Shown here one piece after another: positions 25,961 to 30,455 of a stretch of 30,455 bases of DNA. Position 1 is the first letter of the stretch; every line of letters starts with the position of its first letter. A model generated the notes under the pieces. That model was not told the origin of the DNA. It did not search any database and saw only the letters and a list, made by a program, of their open reading frames with translations. The stretch spans positions 1-30,455 of the forward strand of contig JARKSN010000322.1 of NCBI GenBank assembly GCA_029974275.1, in the 5' to 3' direction. A program made the translations under genes and the position numbers. This stretch comes from Candidatus Hydrogenedentota bacterium. GTDB lineage: Bacteria; Hydrogenedentota; Hydrogenedentia; Hydrogenedentales; SLHB01.

Positions 25961-26971
25961 ATGTCCTCTACGCGAGGGATAGGCGGCCTGGAGATACTGA
26001 CGCGCGTCATCAAGGACAATTACGATTTCGCGCAGGTGAACACTCCTGAGCCAATGCCCGACGTGCACCAGCGCCGTCACCGGAAACTCGTGGTGAAAAC
26101 GGATCGCGGCGTCTTTCTCGCGAAGACATACCGGCGAGACCCATATGTGCTGGATGCCCTGCGCTTTCAGCATCGGCTTTCGGATCACCTTGCCGCGAAC
26201 GATCTGCCCGTAGCCAATATTCACCGGGCCAAATCAGGGCGGCGCATCGTGGAAGTGGACACGTGGGCGCTTGAACTGCAGGAATACGTGGATGGGGATC
26301 CCATGACGGTTTCTGGGGGAACGCTCATCATCTCGGCGCAGGCATTGGGGCGTTTTCACACGGTTTGTCGCGATTTTCCGCGACCGGAACGGGACGCGCG
26401 AATGTGGCGATTCAGCGAAGTGCCGAGAGAGTCGCTGAAAAATATTTATGAGCGCGCCCGGGAAGAGGGGGCTCCGGAAACGGCGGCGGATTGCTGCAAC
26501 CGAATTGCCCTGTTCCTGCGGGGGGCATCGGAAATCTTGAATTGGGAAGCCCGCGCTTCCTTCGAAACGGGCCTTATCCACGGCGACTGGCACAGCGGAA
26601 ATCTGATTTTCAAGGGGGACAAGCTGGCGGCGATCGTCGATCTAGAATTCGCGGGGGACGGGTGTTATCTCGAAGACTTGGCGTATGCCATTTCCAATCT
26701 CTGCGTCCGGACCACCGACCGGGAGGAACGCCTTGCCAAGCGGGTCGATCTTCTATTGCACGAATACCAACGGCATCGTCCCCTTTCGTTCGCGGAAATC
26801 TCCGCTCTCTTTCATGCCGTCGGCGTGAAACACGTGGCGACGGTTTCCTTCCAGATTTCCTCCAGCAATCCTGTCGTGGCCGGACTCAATTCGTTTCAAT
26901 GGTTGGAGCGTCTCGCCTTCCAACTCGAATGGCTCGAAAAGCGGGCCAAGGCTGCGCGATGGGGACAGTAG
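25961..26971 (+). CDS. APH/homoserine kinase type II-like phosphotransferase
   Basis: VFLAK, ALGRFH, Brenner motif GLIHGDWHSGNLIF, IVDLE, EDLA. Substrate not inferable. Confidence 0.85.
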   Translation: MSSTRGIGGLEILTRVIKDNYDFAQVNTPEPMPDVHQRRHRKLVVKTDRGVFLAKTYRRDPYVLDALRFQHRLSDHLAANDLPVANIHRAKSGRRIVEVDTWALELQEYVDGDPMTVSGGTLIISAQALGRFHTVCRDFPRPERDARMWRFSEVPRESLKNIYERAREEGAPETAADCCNRIALFLRGASEILNWEARASFETGLIHGDWHSGNLIFKGDKLAAIVDLEFAGDGCYLEDLAYAISNLCVRTTDREERLAKRVDLLLHEYQRHRPLSFAEISALFHAVGVKHVATVSFQISSSNPVVAGLNSFQWLERLAFQLEWLEKRAKAARWGQ

Positions 26972-27064
26972 TCCCCGCCCGCCGCCTGTTTGTCCTCGGG
27001 AATCGTTTTGGGTGAGGACCCGATACAAAAAACGCAGTACTCCAGACTCAGAAAGGAAAACCAC

Positions 27065-27925
27065 ATGCAGATCATCGACACCGCGACGCAACTATGCGCC
27101 GTCATCGGAAACCCGATCGAGCATTCGCTCTCGCCAACCATGCACAACGCCGCCTATGCGGCCGCGGGGCTGAATTGCGTTTACCTCGCTTTCAAGGTGG
27201 AGGACTTGCGCGGTTGCCTCGCGGGTATGCGAGCCTTTCCGTCCTTTCGCGGCATGAGCGTCACCATTCCCCACAAGGTCGCGATCATGGACCTCCTGGA
27301 CGAGGTCGAGCCCATGGCGCAGCACGTGGGATCCGTGAACACGGTCACCCACGAAAAGGGCCGACTCATCGGATCGACCACCGATGGCGCGGGAGCCCTG
27401 CGCGCGTTTTCCGATGCGGGCGTATCGATGGACGGAAAAAAAGTGCTGTTTGTGGGGAGCGGCGGGGCCGTTCGCGCCGTCTCCTTCGCGGTGGCCGAAA
27501 TGACCTCTGCCAAGGCGATCACCATTCTGGGGATGGAGCGGGAACAGGTGGCCGGTCTCGTGGCGGACCTCAAGGCCAAGGCCGGCGCGAATGTTTCCGG
27601 CGGAGATAGCGCGACCGATCTTGCCGAAGCGATGCGTGATCACGATATCGTGATGCACGGGACGCCCTTGGGCATGTATCCCCACAACGATGCCACTTGC
27701 CTGCCCAAAGAATCATTCCGCAGGAACCAGGTTGTCTTCGATATGGTCTATCGGCCGTTCAAGACGCGGCTTTTGTGCGAGGCCGAGCAAGCAGGATGCG
27801 TCACCATTCCGGGCATTCACATGCTGGTGAATCAGGCCGTCCTGCAATTTGAGCGTTGGACCGGGCTGCCTGCCCCAGTCGAGGCCATGCGCAGCGCCGT
27901 GATGCCCCTGCTCGAAACGGAGTAG
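27065..27925 (+). CDS. aroE: Shikimate dehydrogenase
   Basis: VIGNPIEHSLSPTMHN, SVTIPHK, SVNTV, TDG, GSGGAVRA, DMVYRP..T, MLVNQA..QF. SD AAAGGA precedes ATG 27065. Confidence 0.96.
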   Translation: MQIIDTATQLCAVIGNPIEHSLSPTMHNAAYAAAGLNCVYLAFKVEDLRGCLAGMRAFPSFRGMSVTIPHKVAIMDLLDEVEPMAQHVGSVNTVTHEKGRLIGSTTDGAGALRAFSDAGVSMDGKKVLFVGSGGAVRAVSFAVAEMTSAKAITILGMEREQVAGLVADLKAKAGANVSGGDSATDLAEAMRDHDIVMHGTPLGMYPHNDATCLPKESFRRNQVVFDMVYRPFKTRLLCEAEQAGCVTIPGIHMLVNQAVLQFERWTGLPAPVEAMRSAVMPLLETE

Positions 27926-27931
27926 AATTCC

Positions 27932-28465
27932 ATGAATATCGTGCTGATTGGATACCGGGGCGCGGGAAAATCGCGCGTGGGCAAGCTGGTTGCGGCGGAA
28001 CTAGGCATGACGCTTCGCTGCACGGACGAAGAAATCGTTCGTCGCATTGGATGTTCCATTCCTTCTTTCGTGAAAAAACATGGCTGGGATGCGTTTCGCG
28101 ACGTGGAAACGGAGGTGATCCGTTCGATGCCCCCGTGCGACGCCACGGTGATCGACACCGGCGGCGGCGCCGTGCTCCGTCCCGAGAACGTCGCCGTTCT
28201 CAAGGCCTGCGGCCCCGTGTTCTGGCTTCAGGCATCCGTGGACAAGATCGTCGCGCGAATTCAAACCGACGCAAACAGGCCCTCGCTGACCGGCGCAAAA
28301 TCCTTCACCGAAGAGGTCGCCGAGGTGCTTGCGGATCGCCTGCCGATATATGGGGCGGCGGCGGACCGCGCGATCGACACCGACGATAAGACCCCCGAAG
28401 AAGTCGCGGCAAGCATAATTCACTACGCAACCGGGAAAAATTGTGGTAGGATCGTAGCAACGTAA
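27932..28465 (+). CDS. aroK: Shikimate kinase
   Basis: NIVLIGYRGAGKS (Walker A), GWDAFRDVE, IDTGGGAV, RP.L, R.PIY. 6 nt downstream of aroE. Confidence 0.95.
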   Translation: MNIVLIGYRGAGKSRVGKLVAAELGMTLRCTDEEIVRRIGCSIPSFVKKHGWDAFRDVETEVIRSMPPCDATVIDTGGGAVLRPENVAVLKACGPVFWLQASVDKIVARIQTDANRPSLTGAKSFTEEVAEVLADRLPIYGAAADRAIDTDDKTPEEVAASIIHYATGKNCGRIVAT

Positions 28466-28677
28466 AGGGAATCGGGGGAGATTGCCTGAAACGAATCGAT
28501 GAACAATAGGCCCCATTGTTCATCGCGCGCGACAACGGCGCGGCGAAAAATGTTCGCAGCAACGCGAGGGGGAATCCCGCGTGAGGCTGAGGACAGAGGG
28601 ACTTGGCGCCTCAGGGTGAAGGCGTTTGTGATAAATCCGGGCGAGACGGCTTCACGAGCATGGGGGGAGGGAAAGCG

Positions 28678-28914
28678 ATGCGCGTTCAGACTTTTGTCGG
28701 CAAAGTAGGCATGGATTCCTTGCGCCAGATGGATCAGCAAATCAACCATTGGCTCAAGCAAAACAATGTCGAGCCCAAGTTCGTCACGCAAACCTTCGGC
28801 TACGAACCGCACCGGGAAGTCAATAACAACGAGCCCGTGATAGTCACCTCCATCTGGTACATTTCCGGCGACTCGACGTCTCGCGATTGGACGGAAAAAG
28901 GCATGCTTGCATAG
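28678..28914 (+). CDS. Small hypothetical protein (78 aa)
   Basis: Strong SD GGGAGG before ATG 28678; protein-like sequence MRVQTFVGKVGMDSLRQMDQQINHWLKQNNVEPKFVTQTFG...VIVTSIWY. Confidence 0.75.
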   Translation: MRVQTFVGKVGMDSLRQMDQQINHWLKQNNVEPKFVTQTFGYEPHREVNNNEPVIVTSIWYISGDSTSRDWTEKGMLA

Positions 28915-28922
28915 CGGCGCAC

Positions 28923-28951
28923 TTGAGCGGGCGAACGCCGGGTGTTACACT
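28923..28951 (+). promoter_or_regulatory. Putative sigma70 promoter with extended -10 for the EIIA-zinc ribbon gene
   Basis: TTGAGC-17 nt-TACACT with TGn directly before the -10. Confidence 0.55.
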
Positions 28952-29039
28952 ACCCCCAATGCAACCGTGGATTGGCGGCAGACAGGACGTGCCGCCAAGA
29001 AGAACTATGAACGCCGCGTCCCTGAAGGTGAACGAAGAA

Positions 29040-29870
29040 ATGGTACTTACGAAGTATATCCAAAAGAACTGTATCGTTCCGGACCTGCGCGTCGACAACA
29101 AGGCGGACGCTCTCAAGGAGCTCACACACCTGTTGTTCGACAAAAAGAAGATGAAGGGCGTCAGCCAGGCCCTTGACCAAATTATCGCGCGCGAAGTGAC
29201 GGAGAGCACCGGCATCGGCCATGGCATCGCGGTGCCGCACGCGCGTGTGACGGGTATGAAGACCTTGGCCTGCGCGGTAGGCCGCATTCCGGAAGGTCTC
29301 GATTTCATGGCCGTGGACCGCAAGCCCGTTCACCTGATTTTTCTCATCTGCTATCCATCAACCGAGCAAACGACGTACCTCAATTTCGTGGCGACCGTAG
29401 CGCGCCTCCTGCGGAAACCCGAGCATCTGCAGCGCATCATGACGGCTGCAACCCCGGATGACATTTTCGACATTCTGGAGGCCGATTCAGAGACCTTCCA
29501 CGAACGTGCGGAACAGCAAGTCCAGGACCTGAAAGCAGACCCGGACCTCGGGAAGATGCGCGACGCGCACGCCGATCTCATCCTGCTCGCGCGTTTGCAG
29601 CTTTGCCAGGAGATGCTGACCAATGCGAAGACCGGAAAAGGCGATATCAAACAGCGCATCGAAAAAATTCGATCGCTCGTATCGCCCCGCATTCTGGGGC
29701 ATTATGATCGCCTCATGAAGAGTCGTCCGCCGGCGCTTGTTTCCGTGGAAGGCGACACATGCCAAGGCTGCTTCATGCGGTTGCCGTCCAAATTCGTGCA
29801 GCAAGTGAGACAAGACCCGGAACACATCCACACCTGCACCAACTGCAGCCGCTATATCTACGTCGTATAA
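29040..29870 (+). CDS. PTS EIIA type-2 (PtsN-like) domain fused to a short helical region and a C4 zinc ribbon (zf-RING_7/DUF164-like)
   Basis: REVTESTGIGHGIAVPHAR, GLDFMAVDRKPVHLIFL; C-terminal ILGHYDRL...ALVSVEGDTCQGCFMRLP...HTCTNCSRYIY. SD AAGGTG precedes ATG 29040. Confidence 0.9.
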   Translation: MVLTKYIQKNCIVPDLRVDNKADALKELTHLLFDKKKMKGVSQALDQIIAREVTESTGIGHGIAVPHARVTGMKTLACAVGRIPEGLDFMAVDRKPVHLIFLICYPSTEQTTYLNFVATVARLLRKPEHLQRIMTAATPDDIFDILEADSETFHERAEQQVQDLKADPDLGKMRDAHADLILLARLQLCQEMLTNAKTGKGDIKQRIEKIRSLVSPRILGHYDRLMKSRPPALVSVEGDTCQGCFMRLPSKFVQQVRQDPEHIHTCTNCSRYIYVV

Positions 29871-29884
29871 CCCACTCAACGCCC

Positions 29885-29920
29885 AAACGCCTGTTCCTTT
29901 GGCGAGGAACAGGCGTTTTT
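29885..29920. terminator. Intrinsic terminator, probably bidirectional
   Basis: Perfect 14-bp stem AAACGCCTGTTCCT / AGGAACAGGCGTTT with a 6-nt loop and a T run, between convergent genes. Confidence 0.85.
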
Positions 29921-29937
29921 GTGCGCATCCGCACTCT

Positions 29938-30455
29938 TTACTCCACGACAGCGAATCGCCAGCAGACCTCGAGAAACGTCGACGTACGGCCCTTAAGGCG
30001 TTTGAGGAGTTCCGCGGCGCCGGAGTCGCCCGCGACGTGCTGGATCATGAGGCGTCCCTCCTGTTCGCAGAGGAGATCGTGCTGCGGGAAGACCTCGCGC
30101 ATCAGAAACAGGGCGAACTTCACCAATCGAAATGGTCCGTAGGCGCGCGGCATCTCTCCCGCCATTGCTTCAACCGCGACCGAGTACAAGTCCTTCATGC
30201 TGCCGATAAGGTCAGGCTGCTCGGGCGTGCGCGAGAAAACAATCGTGTAGTACCAGCCGAAGAGCGTGTCCCGCTCGCAGCCGTGTGCGTCGCTGACGCC
30301 AACAATCGGAACGGACTTTCCCTTTGCGCGTTCCTCGTGGTAACGCGCGACTTGGAGCGTGTTCGATTCCGCTTCCCACCGGTGAAACCCGCCGATGATC
30401 TCGTACGCATCAAAGGGCTGCGTCTCGAACAGGTGCGTGGTGATGGCCCCGGACG
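29938..30455 (-). CDS. C-terminal part of a PHP-domain (metal-dependent phosphoesterase-like) protein; 5' end beyond the window
   Basis: The 29938-30198 frame stays open to the window edge: ...FDAYEIIGG...NTLQVARYHEERAKGKSVPIVGVSDAHG...FGWYYTIVFS...MKDLYSVAVE. GxSDAH is the terminal PHP metal-binding motif. Confidence 0.8.
   Translation of the reverse strand, partial: SGAITTHLFETQPFDAYEIIGGFHRWEAESNTLQVARYHEERAKGKSVPIVGVSDAHGCERDTLFGWYYTIVFSRTPEQPDLIGSMKDLYSVAVEAMAGEMPRAYGPFRLVKFALFLMREVFPQHDLLCEQEGRLMIQHVAGDSGAAELLKRLKGRTSTFLEVCWRFAVVE

Noticed and set aside
25961..26971. Calling the phosphotransferase thrB or an aminoglycoside-resistance gene
   Set aside because: Only fold-level kinase motifs are visible; substrate cannot be assigned from sequence by eye.
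28466..28677. CsrB/RsmZ-like sRNA based on seven GGA triplets
   Set aside because: The region is G-rich so this count is unremarkable, most GGAs lack the CAGGA/ANGGA loop context, and there is no terminator.
30195..30413. 72-aa ORF and a separate 86-aa gene at 29938-30198
   Set aside because: The 72-aa ORF is off-frame, and the 86-aa ORF is only the tail of the PHP-domain gene entering from the right edge.
1..30455. CRISPR arrays, tRNA/rRNA genes, IS elements, defence systems
   Set aside because: No regularly spaced repeats, cloverleaf motifs, transposases or nuclease/defence domains were seen by manual reading.

Overview
GC-rich bacterial chromosomal window, densely coding, with no rRNA, tRNA, CRISPR array or mobile element that I can support. 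Left to right: glyQ (runs off the left edge, possibly an alpha-beta fusion); an O-antigen-ligase/TPR membrane protein; acylphosphatase; a GmhB-like HAD phosphatase; a ROK sugar kinase; an aldo/keto reductase; a large secreted GH13-like hydrolase; a secreted tandem rhodanese lacking its catalytic Cys; a GT-C glycosyltransferase; an APC amino acid permease; a seven-gene minus-strand operon; an MFS transporter; a Gfo/Idh/MocA oxidoreductase; an APH-like phosphotransferase; aroE-aroK; a small hypothetical gene behind a hairpin-rich spacer; a PTS-EIIA protein fused to a C4 zinc ribbon; and the 3' end of a PHP-domain gene. The seven-gene operon encodes an Ehr-type complex (hydrogenase-4/complex-I-like, no NiFe ligands) and is led by an HTH-PTS EIIA fusion. 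Best leads: (1) that HTH-EIIA regulator, with 10-bp-phased TGTC repeats over its own -35 box; (2) the EIIA + zinc-ribbon fusion; (3) the Cys-less rhodanese. All family assignments come from motif recognition by eye; no searches were run.
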